NCBI GenBank assembly: GCA_945883505.1
Contig: CAMCXL010000002.1
Span: 42,254 to 106,253, forward strand
DNA: 64,000 nt
Direction: 5' to 3'
DNA from: Rhodoluna limnophila
GTDB lineage: Bacteria; Actinomycetota; Actinomycetes; Actinomycetales; Microbacteriaceae
Part shown: positions 1-8,869 of the stretch, piece by piece
Layout: each line of letters opens with the position of its first letter
Numbering within the stretch: the first letter of the stretch is position 1
Notes under the pieces: generated by a model
Seen by the model: the letters and a program-made list of their open reading frames with translations, nothing else
What the model was told of the DNA's origin: nothing
Database searches by the model: none
Program-made: the position numbers and the translations under genes

Positions 1-226
1 ACTGCCTGGATGGAGTGAAATCTGGCTCATACTCAAAAAACCTAACCATGCCTTGCTGAGTAATGGCTCCCCTGGGAGAAAGGATGTTTGCTTGCGGGTC
101 TAGCTCTCGCCCAAGCGAGAGCAGATCATGTTCATCTGCTCCAGAGCCATGCAGCAAAAGCAAGGTCCTTGATGCGCCTGGCTTGGCAAGCCAAACATGC
201 GGCCGAGAGAGTTTCTGTTTTTCCAA
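1..226 (-). CDS. alpha/beta hydrolase, phospholipase/carboxylesterase-like (N-terminal part; gene runs off the left edge)
   Basis: Not in the ORF track because it is truncated. My minus-strand translation from TTG at 226 (GGAG 6 nt upstream, in-frame stop at 251-253) gives (M)EKQKLSRPHVWLAKPGASRTLLLLHGSGADEHDLLSLGRELDPQANILSPRGAITQQGMVRFFEYEPDFTPSRQ. This is the typical LLLHGxGxDExDL N-terminus of this esterase family. The plus ORF 63-254 is its shadow. Confidence 0.5.
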   Translation of the reverse strand, partial: MEKQKLSRPHVWLAKPGASRTLLLLHGSGADEHDLLSLGRELDPQANILSPRGAITQQGMVRFFEYEPDFTPSRQ

Positions 227-316
227 AGTAGGTCTCCAATACCTTCCAGTCTAGATTTGAATGAAATTGACCAAGGCTTAAAAGAAAAATAGCCCCGGAG
301 GGCTATTAGTCTTTTG

Positions 317-389
317 TGGACCTGAGGGGACTTGAACCCCTGACCCCCTGCATGCCATGCAGGTGCGCTACCAGCTGCGCCACAGGCCC
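317..389 (-). tRNA. tRNA-Ala (anticodon GGC)
   Basis: The reverse complement folds as a cloverleaf. Acceptor GGGCCTG/CAGGTCC carries the G3:U70 alanine identity pair. Anticodon stem CCTGC/GCAGG with loop ATGGCAT, T-arm AGGGG TTCAAGT CCCCT. No encoded CCA. Confidence 0.9.
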
Positions 390-425
390 ATCTTTTTTTG
401 AACTTGCCCAGTTTAGCCCAAAGAT

Positions 426-794
426 TTACTCGGCGGAAACTAGCTCCAAGGGCACCACTGGGCAGTCAGACCAGATGCGCTCGAGGGAGTAATACATCCG
501 CTCTTCCTCATGCATCACGTGAACAATCACAAATCCAAAGTCGAGAAGAATCCAGCGACCCGAGCTTTTGCCCTCGCGGCGAAGAAGTTTCACTCCGCTT
601 TCTAGAAGCTTGTCTTCAATGCCATCAGATATCGCCATCACCTGACGCTCATTGCGACCCGAGACAATCAAGAAGATGTCGGTCAGTGGCATCGGGTTTG
701 TGACATCCAGGGCCACGAGATTTTCCGCTACTTTATCTGAAGCAGCCTGGGCTGCAATTTGAACGATTTTCAGTGCTTCTTTACTCGCGGTCAC
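426..794 (-). CDS. rsfS: ribosome silencing factor RsfS
   Basis: 122 aa. The sequence LVALDVTNPMPLTDIFLIVSGRNERQVMAISDGIEDKL...WILLDFGFVIVHVMHEEERMYYSLERIW is characteristic of RsfS/iojap. It sits downstream of nadD, as is usual. Confidence 0.9.
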   Translation of the reverse strand: MTASKEALKIVQIAAQAASDKVAENLVALDVTNPMPLTDIFLIVSGRNERQVMAISDGIEDKLLESGVKLLRREGKSSGRWILLDFGFVIVHVMHEEERMYYSLERIWSDCPVVPLELVSAE

Positions 795-804
795 AAATAC
801 CTAT

Positions 805-1383
805 CTACTCGAAGATTCCAAGCATAAACGCTGCGACAATCAATGCCCCAATCGTGATCATCAATACTGCCGTCGACATGACGGCATAAACCTGTCCTTG
901 GCCTTTCCTGGTGACCAGGGTGAGCTCCACTGTCTTGGCTCTAGTTTTTGCAATACCAGCTGCCCGGATTGGAGCCACCGAGGAGACAAAAGAATTAAGG
1001 CTATCTTCCACAAGAGCTTCGTCGGCTTCTTGGCTTGCCGAGATAACTGCAATGCTGCCAGTTGTCGGGTTGGCCTGGGAAATGGTAATTGAACCAGTTG
1101 TCATAACCGCTCCAGTTCCAGTTATTACAACTCGATTGTTATCAAGTTCTGGAACTTTATCCAAGATGATTGAAGCTGTCACTGGTTCGGCGCCTAAGTT
1201 ACTGGTAGATCCAAAGTCTGCGCTCTTTACTGGTTCTAAGAAAATGTCTGGGGCTTTCACAGTTGGAATCGGACCAGTCATGGTTGGTTCAACAAAACTA
1301 ACCGGATTACTCGGAGCAGAAGCATTTAACTTCTCAGCCTCGCGACGCTCTCTCCTTGACTGATACATAGTTGAGTCGCTCAT
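805..1383 (-). CDS. hypothetical protein with a single C-terminal transmembrane helix
   Basis: 192 aa. Its start codon overlaps the nadD stop (ATGA) and its stop lies 10 nt before the rsfS start. Basic N-terminus ([11 protein letters not shown]), Thr/Ser/Gly-rich middle, terminal hydrophobic segment [28 protein letters not shown] recognise no family. Confidence 0.55.
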   Translation of the reverse strand: MSDSTMYQSRRERREAEKLNASAPSNPVSFVEPTMTGPIPTVKAPDIFLEPVKSADFGSTSNLGAEPVTASIILDKVPELDNNRVVITGTGAVMTTGSITISQANPTTGSIAVISASQEADEALVEDSLNSFVSSVAPIRAAGIAKTRAKTVELTLVTRKGQGQVYAVMSTAVLMITIGALIVAAFMLGIFE

Positions 1384-1967
1384 GCCAAGTCCTGATAAAG
1401 CTCGTGCTTACCGATGTACTGGACCACACCGTCAGGAACCAGATACCAAATCGGGTCTCCCTTTGCCACCCTCTGGCGGCAATCCGTGGAGCTGATTGAA
1501 AGAGCTGGTACCTCGACCGAAGTGAAGGTACCTGCTGGCATTTCTGGAACTTCTAAAACGTGCCCCGGTCTGCTAACTGCAACAAAGTGAGCCAGCTCCC
1601 AAAGCTTCTCAGCCTCGTGCCAGGCCAAAATTTGAGCGATGGCATCGCTACCGGTGATAAAGAAAAGCTCGGCGTCTGGGTATTTAGCCTTTAGGTCGTT
1701 CAAGGTGTCCACCGTATAGGTCGGCTTATCTCGATCTATGTCCACGCGTGAAACCATGAATCTTGGATTTGCTGCGGTTGCAATCACGGTCATTAGATAG
1801 CGGTGCTCACCTCCGGTGACACCCTTTTTTTGCCATGAGTCACCCGTTGGCACGAACACTACCTGATCAAGATTTAGTGCCGCCGCCACCTCGCTGGCGG
1901 CCACAAGGTGTCCGTTGTGGATGGGGTCGAAAGTGCCACCCATCACACCCAGTCGGAATTTAGCCAT
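1380..1967 (-). CDS. nadD: nicotinate-nucleotide adenylyltransferase
   Basis: 195 aa. N-terminal [15 protein letters not shown] nucleotidyltransferase (H/T)xGH motif and a later ISSTDCR motif. Confidence 0.92.
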   Translation of the reverse strand: MAKFRLGVMGGTFDPIHNGHLVAASEVAAALNLDQVVFVPTGDSWQKKGVTGGEHRYLMTVIATAANPRFMVSRVDIDRDKPTYTVDTLNDLKAKYPDAELFFITGSDAIAQILAWHEAEKLWELAHFVAVSRPGHVLEVPEMPAGTFTSVEVPALSISSTDCRQRVAKGDPIWYLVPDGVVQYIGKHELYQDLA

Positions 1968-1985
1968 GCTAGAAAGCTTTTGAGC

Positions 1986-2162
1986 TTAGTGACCCTGTGA
2001 ACTTGAGTTCTTGTGATCGTGACGGTTGGCTACATCGCGGTAGGAGTAAACCACAAATGCCAGCAGGATGAAAGTTGACATTGCAATCACTCCAAACCAT
2101 ATAGCTGGAATTGGTAGGTCATTGTGCGCAATGTATGGGCCTTCGGAAAGAAGTGCTAGCAA
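1986..2162 (-). CDS. possible small membrane protein (58 aa, TTG start)
   Basis: Below the ORF-track size cutoff. Minus strand reads AGGAG-6 nt-TTG, then LALLSEGPYIAHNDLPIPAIWFGVIAMSTFILLAFVVYSYRDVANRHDHKNSSSQGH, with one clear TM helix. It fills the otherwise empty 233-nt proA-nadD gap and ends 18 nt before the nadD ATG. Confidence 0.3.
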   Translation of the reverse strand: MLALLSEGPYIAHNDLPIPAIWFGVIAMSTFILLAFVVYSYRDVANRHDHKNSSSQGH

Positions 2163-2200
2163 GATGATCTCCTAAAGATATGTCTTGAAACCAGAATAAC

Positions 2201-3445
2201 CTAGTTGCGCGTTTGACCGGAGCCGCGAACCAGCCATTTCGTAGCGGTAAGTTCTTTTAGTCCCATTGGGCCCCTGGCGTGGAGTTTCTGGGTGGAAATA
2301 CCAACCTCGGCCCCAAACCCAAACTGACCACCATCGGTGAAGCGGGATGCGGCATTAACCATGACAACGGCAGAATCTACCTCGGCCAAGAACCTTTCAG
2401 CATTGACCTGACTGTCAGTGATAATCACCTCGGTGTGGTGAGTCGAGTACTTTTCTATGTGCTGAAGAGCCTGGTCCATGTCGGAAACTACGCGCACCGC
2501 CAAATCCAAGGAGTAATACTCGGCATTCCAGTCATCCTCGGTTGCTGCAACTGCGGCTGGGAACAAAGCCAGCGTTTCCTCATCGCCGTGAATTGTGACA
2601 CCGGAATCGGCAAGTCTTTTTAGAACCTTTGGCAATATGCTTTTGGCGACGGCCTGGTGAACCAAAAGAGTTTCCAAAGCATTGCAGGTGGCTGGACGCT
2701 GCACCTTAGAGTTATGAACGATCTCGACCGACCAGTCTAGGTTTGCTGACTCGTCGATGAAAAGGTGAGTGACTCCATCTCCGGTTTCAATAACCGGTAC
2801 CTTCGATCCCTCAACTACAGCCTTAATAAGCCCCGCGCTTCCGCGCGGAATCAAAACGTCAATTAGGCCCCTGGCCGCCATCATTTCGTTGGCACCGTCG
2901 CGACCGTAGTCATCTACAGTCTGAACCAAGTCACTGCTTAGTCCGGCTGTTGCAAGGCCTTGCTGTAAAACCTTTACCAGAGCGATGTTGGTGTTTTCCG
3001 CGGCGGTACCGCCGCGAAGAACGACGGCGTTTCCAGACTTTAGGGCAAGGGCTGTGATGTCGACCGTGACATTGGGACGCGCCTCGTAGATTGCTCCGAT
3101 AACCCCAAATGGAACTCTCACCTCGGAAAGCTTTAAGCCGTTTGGAAGTGACATTCCGCGAACCACTTCGCCGATTGGATCTGGTAGCGCAACGATTGTT
3201 TCCATTGAAGTAGCAAGAGCTGCAATGCGCTCCGCATTTAGCATCAGTCGATCCTGCAGGCCTTCCGAAACACCATCGGTCTTGGCTTTTTCTAAATCCT
3301 TTTTGTTGGCCGAAACAATTTCGGAAGTGGAGTCAACAAGCAATTTAGCGATGGCCTCCAAAGCTGCGTCTTTTCGCGAAGTGGATGCAATAGAAAGCGA
3401 ACTGCTGGCTTTTTTGGCGAGTTTAATCTTGTCGGTTGCTGACAT
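2201..3445 (-). CDS. proA: glutamate-5-semialdehyde dehydrogenase (gamma-glutamyl phosphate reductase)
   Basis: 414 aa, aldehyde dehydrogenase-like fold with typical ProA stretches ([55 protein letters not shown]). Confidence 0.95.
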   Translation of the reverse strand: [414 protein letters not shown]

Positions 3446-3454
3446 GTCTAAAGC

Positions 3455-4252
3455 CTACTTACGCACAATCTTGATTTGGGGATTCGGTTCGAAGAAAGTA
3501 CCAAGCGACTCACCCTGCAGGGTTTGGACTACGTGGTCTGCGTTGGTGATGATAACCCCGATTCCAGCTTCGGTGCAGCTTGCTGCGGCTTGGACCTTGG
3601 TGATCGCACCCCCAGTTCCAACACCTGTGTTGGTGCCGGCAATTTCCAAAGCCGATAGATCCATCCCGAAGGAAACCTGCTGAATCAACTCGGCCTGAGG
3701 GTTTGTTGGTGGCATGTTATAAAGACCATCAACGTCACTGAGTAGCACCAGAGCGTCGGCGTCGAGCAAGATTGCAACCATAGCGGCCAGTCGATCATTA
3801 TCACCAAAGCGAATCTCGGTGGTGGCAACGGTGTCGTTTTCATTCACAATTGGCAAAGCCCCCAATTGGAACAAGCGCTCCAGAGCTCGCTTAGCGTTCT
3901 CGCGACTTTCCTGCTTCTCGATATCGGTTAGGGTCAGCAAAACTTGACCAGCAACAATGTTGTGACGCTCAAGACTCTTCTGGTATTTGGAAAGCAGTCG
4001 GAACTGACCAACCGCTGCCAGAGCTTGAAAGGTGTCTAGGTCGGTTGGCTTCTCATCAAAGTTAAACAGCGGCATTCCGGTTGCTATCGCACCGGAGGAA
4101 ACCAAAACGACCTCGGTGCCGCGCTGCATGGTCGATGCCAAGGCGTCAATCAGCTGGTCAATCTTGCCTTCGTTTTTTCCAGTGACTGAGTTTGAGCCAA
4201 TTTTGACGATTATTCTTTTAGCACTCAATAACCACTTACCGTGATCTGACAA
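3455..4252 (-). CDS. proB: glutamate 5-kinase, amino-acid-kinase domain only (no PUA domain)
   Basis: 265 aa. Contains IVKIGSNSVT, VLVSSGAIATG, PIVNENDTVAT and FGDNDRLAAMVA motifs. It ends just after the kinase domain. Confidence 0.9.
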   Translation of the reverse strand: MSDHGKWLLSAKRIIVKIGSNSVTGKNEGKIDQLIDALASTMQRGTEVVLVSSGAIATGMPLFNFDEKPTDLDTFQALAAVGQFRLLSKYQKSLERHNIVAGQVLLTLTDIEKQESRENAKRALERLFQLGALPIVNENDTVATTEIRFGDNDRLAAMVAILLDADALVLLSDVDGLYNMPPTNPQAELIQQVSFGMDLSALEIAGTNTGVGTGGAITKVQAAASCTEAGIGVIITNADHVVQTLQGESLGTFFEPNPQIKIVRK

Positions 4253-5776
4253 TTACTTGCTCTCCTCGAAATCGTCTGGTTTTGACCAGATGCCTGATGT
4301 TCGCTCAGACTCCATTTTCTCGCGAAGAGCGGCCCTCGCGTCCATCATCTCCTGATAGCGCTTTCTTCGCTCGACGTTGGTTCGCCTATCATTTAGCGGA
4401 CCGAACCTAGGGTCTGTTCCGCGCGGACTGACCAGTAATTCAGCTGTTGAGGAGATAGTTGGTTCCCAGTCAAAAATGACACCATCGCCAGGGCCGATCA
4501 CAACCGTTGAACCGTTGGATGCACCCGCCTTGAATAAAGCATCCTCGATTCCGATTTTGGCGAGACGATCAGCCAGGTATCCAACCGCTTCTTCATTACC
4601 GAAATCAGTTTGCGCAACCCAGCGCTCTGGCTTGGTTCCCAAGATTCTGAAGAACTCCTCGACTCCAGTGAACTCACGGACAATCTTGAAGTTGTTATCT
4701 TCTTTCTTGGCCTGCATGAGCTGAATCTTTGGACGAGCTGGCACCTTAGCTTTTTCTTTTCGGTCTGCCTCTACAAGCTTGGCCATCGCAAACTTTAACT
4801 CTTTTAGGCCCACGTGGGTTGCAGCCGAAACCTCAAACACCTCGTATCCACGAGCTTCTAACTCTGGGCGAATAAATGCTGCGAGCTCTCGCCCATCGGG
4901 AATGTCAACTTTGTTTAGTGCTATCAAAGCAGGACGCTCGGTTAGAGGAGTCTGGCCCTCTGGAACCTTATACGCCTCTAGCTCCTTCAAAACTTTATCC
5001 AGGTCTGATGCTGGGTCACGGTTTGGCTCTAGGGTCGCGCAGTCAATTACGTGCAGTAGAGCGGAGCACCTTTCTACGTGACGAAGAAACTCAAGCCCTA
5101 AACCCTTTCCTTCGCTAGCACCTTCAATAAGTCCTGGCACATCGGCGATTGTGTATCTGGTTTCACCAGCTTGAACCACCCCAAGGTTCGGGTGCAGTGT
5201 TGTGAAAGGGTAGTCAGCAATCTTTGGTCTGGCGGCTGACACGGCAGCAATCAAGGAGGACTTTCCAGCAGAAGGGTAACCAACCAGCGCGATGTCAGCA
5301 ACGGTTTTGAGCTCGAGTACAACATCGCCTGACCATCCAGGAACCCCGAGCAGTGCAAACCCCGGTGCCTTTCTCTTGGTGCTGGCAAGGGCTGCGTTTC
5401 CTAATCCCCCGACACCGCCTTCGGCAATTACAAGCTCCATGCCGGCTTCATCAAGGTCGGCAATTAGTTCGCCGGTAGGTTTCTTGACAATTGTTCCAAC
5501 TGGAACTGCAAGTTTTAGATCTTCACCCTGCGCACCGTTTCTAAAGTCTCCGGCTCCCGCGGCACCATCGCCTGCTGCACGGTGCGGATGAAAGTGATAC
5601 TCCAACAGTGTTGTGGTGTTTGGGTCTGCAAACAAAGCAATGCTGCCGCCTCGTCCGCCGTCTGCTCCATCTGGACCGCCGAGGGGTTTGAACTTTTCGC
5701 GCTTTACCGAAACACATCCCTTGCCGCCGTTCCCGGCGCGCACGTGAAGGGTGACTTGGTCAACGAATGAAACCAT
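4253..5776 (-). CDS. obg: GTPase Obg/CgtA
   Basis: 507 aa. Gly-rich Obg fold (GGKGCVS, GGPDGADGGRGG), G1 motif GYPSAGKSS, DVPGLIEGAS, NKVD, plus a C-terminal OCT-type extension. Confidence 0.95.
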   Translation of the reverse strand: MVSFVDQVTLHVRAGNGGKGCVSVKREKFKPLGGPDGADGGRGGSIALFADPNTTTLLEYHFHPHRAAGDGAAGAGDFRNGAQGEDLKLAVPVGTIVKKPTGELIADLDEAGMELVIAEGGVGGLGNAALASTKRKAPGFALLGVPGWSGDVVLELKTVADIALVGYPSAGKSSLIAAVSAARPKIADYPFTTLHPNLGVVQAGETRYTIADVPGLIEGASEGKGLGLEFLRHVERCSALLHVIDCATLEPNRDPASDLDKVLKELEAYKVPEGQTPLTERPALIALNKVDIPDGRELAAFIRPELEARGYEVFEVSAATHVGLKELKFAMAKLVEADRKEKAKVPARPKIQLMQAKKEDNNFKIVREFTGVEEFFRILGTKPERWVAQTDFGNEEAVGYLADRLAKIGIEDALFKAGASNGSTVVIGPGDGVIFDWEPTISSTAELLVSPRGTDPRFGPLNDRRTNVERRKRYQEMMDARAALREKMESERTSGIWSKPDDFEESK

Positions 5777-5801
5777 GTCTTTTCCTCCTTCACAAATAAC
5801 T

Positions 5802-5826
5802 AAAGGCGAGCCGCTGGCTCGCCTTT
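5802..5826 (-). terminator. GC-rich hairpin between rpmA and obg (candidate partial intrinsic terminator or attenuator)
   Basis: AAAGGCGAGC-loop-GCTCGCCTTT, a 10-11 bp stem, lies 26 nt downstream of the rpmA stop. On the minus strand it is followed by the moderately U-rich AGUUAUUUGUG, then the GAAGGAGG Shine-Dalgarno of obg. Confidence 0.4.
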
Positions 5827-5852
5827 AGTAGAAACTTTTTTTCGATCTTGGC

Positions 5853-6107
5853 TTATGCAGCCTCAACGATGTTGACTACGCGGCGACCGCCCTTGGTTCC
5901 GAATTCAACGGCACCGGCAGCTAGAGCAAACAAAGTGTCATCCTTGCCCTTGCCAACATTCTTTCCCGGGTGGAAGTGAGTGCCACGCTGGCGAACAATG
6001 ATTTCTCCCGCGTTTACTTCCTGGCCTGCGTAGCGCTTTACGCCCAGACGCTGAGCGTTGGAGTCGCGACCGTTCCTGGTGGAGCTAACGCCTTTTTTGG
6101 ATGCCAT
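5853..6107 (-). CDS. rpmA: 50S ribosomal protein L27
   Basis: 84 aa. [29 protein letters not shown]...[12 protein letters not shown] is canonical L27. Confidence 0.97.
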   Translation of the reverse strand: MASKKGVSSTRNGRDSNAQRLGVKRYAGQEVNAGEIIVRQRGTHFHPGKNVGKGKDDTLFALAAGAVEFGTKGGRRVVNIVEAA

Positions 6108-6120
6108 TTGCTCTAATCCT

Positions 6121-6429
6121 TTACTTGATCTCTAAAACCTGGACGCGGGTAAGGTCAGCTCGGAAACCCTGACGTCTCTTGTATCCGGTCTTGTTCTTGT
6201 ACTTCTGGATGATGATCTTTGGTCCACGTAGGTCGTTTAGGACCTCTGCGGTTACCTTTACGGAAGCAAGTGCGGCGGCATCGGTGGTGACCTTGTCGCC
6301 ATCTACTAGCAATAGGGCTGGAAGCTGAACCTTGCCATTGGCATCGGCCTTGATGCGGTCAAGGGTGACAATGGTGCCCACTGAAACCTTTTCCTGACGG
6401 CCGCCTGCGCGAACTACTGCGAAAACCAC
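6121..6429 (-). CDS. rplU: 50S ribosomal protein L21
   Basis: 102 aa. [18 protein letters not shown]...[19 protein letters not shown] is canonical L21, directly upstream of rpmA. Confidence 0.97.
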   Translation of the reverse strand: MVFAVVRAGGRQEKVSVGTIVTLDRIKADANGKVQLPALLLVDGDKVTTDAAALASVKVTAEVLNDLRGPKIIIQKYKNKTGYKRRQGFRADLTRVQVLEIK

Positions 6430-6495
6430 TTGATTTACCTTTTTCTAAGTTTGGGAAGCCACCACCTGGGCAACAGCTCCCTAGTCTAATGGGGC

Positions 6496-8589
6496 TTAAG
6501 CGCCGGGGTCAACCTTGGCTGGGCTGGTTGCCCGCCTTGGCTTGCGCTTGGCGTCTGGCTTTGGGTCCGACTTCGCCACAGGCAGAGCATCGAGAATTCG
6601 CTCGAGAGTGGGCTCGGCCGGGGTTTTGGCCTCGGCTGACTTGGACTGGATCTTTCCGGTTCCCATGGTCGAAGCGGCAATCTTGGCCACCACTGAGTTG
6701 ATCTCGGAGGCCCGCTCCGGGGTCACGACGTTGGCTACTTCCATGTGACCCTTGCGCTTTTTCTCAGATTTACCCTCGTTGGAGCTTCTGGTGCGCATGA
6801 TCGGCTCGTGGTGAACGATGGCTCCCCTTGCGCTACAAACCTCACAAGGTTCACTGAAAGACTCAAGTAATCCAAGCCCTAGCTTCTTTCGAGTCATCTG
6901 CACTAGCCCAAGTGATGTGACCTCGGCAACTTGATGCTTGGTACGGTCACGCCCCAGGCACTCAATAAGCCTTCTGGACACCAGGTCGCGGTTTGACTCA
7001 AGAACCATATCGATAAAGTCAACAACGATGATTCCACCGATGTCTCTAAGTCTGAGTTGGCGAACAATTTCTTCGGCTGCTTCGAGGTTATTTTTCGTCA
7101 CAGTCTGTTCAAGGTTTCCACCGGAGCCAACAAACTTACCGGTGTTTACATCCACCACAGTCATGGCCTCGGTTCGATCAATAACCAGCGATCCGCCCGA
7201 AGGTAAGTAAACCTTGCGTTCAAGTGCCTTCCCAATCTGCTCACCGACGCGGTGAAGCTCAAAAAGGTCTTCCTTGCCCTTGTGGATCTCGACCCGATCT
7301 AGAAGATCCGGGGCCACCGACTCTAGGTATTCGGTGATGACAGATTGAGCATCGCTTCCAGAAATGATCATCTTCTGGAAGTCTTCATTGAAGACGTCTC
7401 TAACAATCTTGACTAGTAGATCAGGCTCGGAGTGCAAAAGCGTAGGCGGGGTAGCCTTCTTGATCTTTTTTTGAATTCCATCCCACTGAGCCTGAAGTCT
7501 TTGAACATCCAGGGTGAGCTGCTCTTCGGTCGCACCCTCGGCTGCGGTTCGAACAATCACACTGGCTTCCTCGGGAACGATGCCTTTCAAAATCTTCTTT
7601 AGGCGCAGCCGTTCGGATTCTGGGAGCTTTCTGGAGATACCGTTCATGTTGCCATTTGGAACATAGACCACATACCTTCCAGGTAGCGAGACCTGGGAGG
7701 TTAGGCGGGCACCTTTTTGGCCAACCGAGTCCTTCGTGACCTGAACCAGCACGGTGTCGTTGGATTTCAGGGCTAGCTCAATTTTGCGAGGCTGGCCCTC
7801 AAGGCCGTCGGCGTCCCAATTGACTTCACCGGAATAAAGAACTGCGTTTCGGCCCCGGCCAATGTCAACGAAGGCTGCTTCCATGGATGGCAGAACGTTT
7901 TGTACCTTGCCCAGATAAACGTTTCCGATGAGTGATCCGTCTTGAGTTTGAGCAACATAGTGCTCAACCAATACCTTGTCCTCTAGAACGCATAGCTGGA
8001 TTTTGTCGTCCTTCGAACGAACCAACATCACGCGGTCAACCGATTCACGCCGAGCTAAGAACTCGGTTTCGGTAATGGTCTGTCTTCTTCGTCCAGAATC
8101 GCGTCCGTCGCGGCGACGCTGCTTTTTAGCTTCAAGTCGCGTTGAGCCCTTGATACGCTGAGGCTCATTGCTCGGTTCTTTGGGAGCTCTTGGAGTTCTT
8201 ACCTTGACTACAACATTTGGAGCATCAGGATTTACATCAATTGGCTCACCGGCGCGTCGGCGAGAGCGCCTGCGAAGATGAGATTCGGAATCTGCCTCGG
8301 TTGCTTTTTTGGAAGCGGCTTTCTTGCGAGGCTCAACTGGAGGAAGATCCGGTGCCTGAAAAATAAGTGAGGTTGCACTTCTAGTGCTCGGAGCAGCCTT
8401 GGGAGCTTGGTCCTTTTTGGTTTTATCGGGCTCGGCCGCCTTAGAAACTGCCGGCTTGGTTAAGTCTTTTTTGGGCGAAAGTTTCTTGTCCGACTTGTTA
8501 GCAGCCTTAGGTTCTTTGGCTGAAACTTTCTTGACTACTTTTTTAATTGCTTTTTCAGCGTTGGCTGAATCGTCTTTTTCCTTCACCAT
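6496..8589 (-). CDS. rne: ribonuclease E/G family endoribonuclease (RNase E)
   Basis: 697 aa. Lys/Ala/Pro-rich and Arg-rich N-terminal region, then an S1 domain (GNVYLGKVQNVLPSMEAAFVDIG) and the catalytic core (IVVDFIDM, ...CEVCSARG). It sits upstream of rplU-rpmA, as in other actinobacteria. Confidence 0.88.
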   Translation of the reverse strand: MVKEKDDSANAEKAIKKVVKKVSAKEPKAANKSDKKLSPKKDLTKPAVSKAAEPDKTKKDQAPKAAPSTRSATSLIFQAPDLPPVEPRKKAASKKATEADSESHLRRRSRRRAGEPIDVNPDAPNVVVKVRTPRAPKEPSNEPQRIKGSTRLEAKKQRRRDGRDSGRRRQTITETEFLARRESVDRVMLVRSKDDKIQLCVLEDKVLVEHYVAQTQDGSLIGNVYLGKVQNVLPSMEAAFVDIGRGRNAVLYSGEVNWDADGLEGQPRKIELALKSNDTVLVQVTKDSVGQKGARLTSQVSLPGRYVVYVPNGNMNGISRKLPESERLRLKKILKGIVPEEASVIVRTAAEGATEEQLTLDVQRLQAQWDGIQKKIKKATPPTLLHSEPDLLVKIVRDVFNEDFQKMIISGSDAQSVITEYLESVAPDLLDRVEIHKGKEDLFELHRVGEQIGKALERKVYLPSGGSLVIDRTEAMTVVDVNTGKFVGSGGNLEQTVTKNNLEAAEEIVRQLRLRDIGGIIVVDFIDMVLESNRDLVSRRLIECLGRDRTKHQVAEVTSLGLVQMTRKKLGLGLLESFSEPCEVCSARGAIVHHEPIMRTRSSNEGKSEKKRKGHMEVANVVTPERASEINSVVAKIAASTMGTGKIQSKSAEAKTPAEPTLERILDALPVAKSDPKPDAKRKPRRATSPAKVDPGA

Positions 8590-8869
8590 TTAAGGTGCAC
8601 TCCATGCTGCCGGTTGGCTAAAGCCCACACACTTGGCCAAAATCTCGGCTCTAAATCCTTATCAGCGACTTTTGCCGCCGACCAAAACCTGTTAGTTGCG
8701 AGTCATTGCTGTCACGTCGCCCTGCCAGCTGCCCGATGGGTCTTATGCCTTGGAGCCAAATGCTCGATAAACCTTGTCTAAGCGGGAGGTTGTGGCCCCC
8801 AAATGCTTATGCCTCAAGTATTACATCAAATTGAGAAAAGAGCCTGATTCGCCGTGGAATACTTGATGG

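Noticed and set aside
63-254. Plus-strand 63-aa ORF at the left edge
   Set aside because: It is Ser/Cys/Arg-rich with no motif. The opposite strand in the same span encodes a convincing carboxylesterase N-terminus (LLLLHGSGADEHDL...), so this is a shadow ORF.
911-1363. 150-aa plus-strand ORF antisense to the nadD-rsfS intervening gene
   Set aside because: The minus-strand ORF is translationally coupled at both ends to nadD and rsfS. The plus-strand product is a low-complexity mirror image without start-site support.
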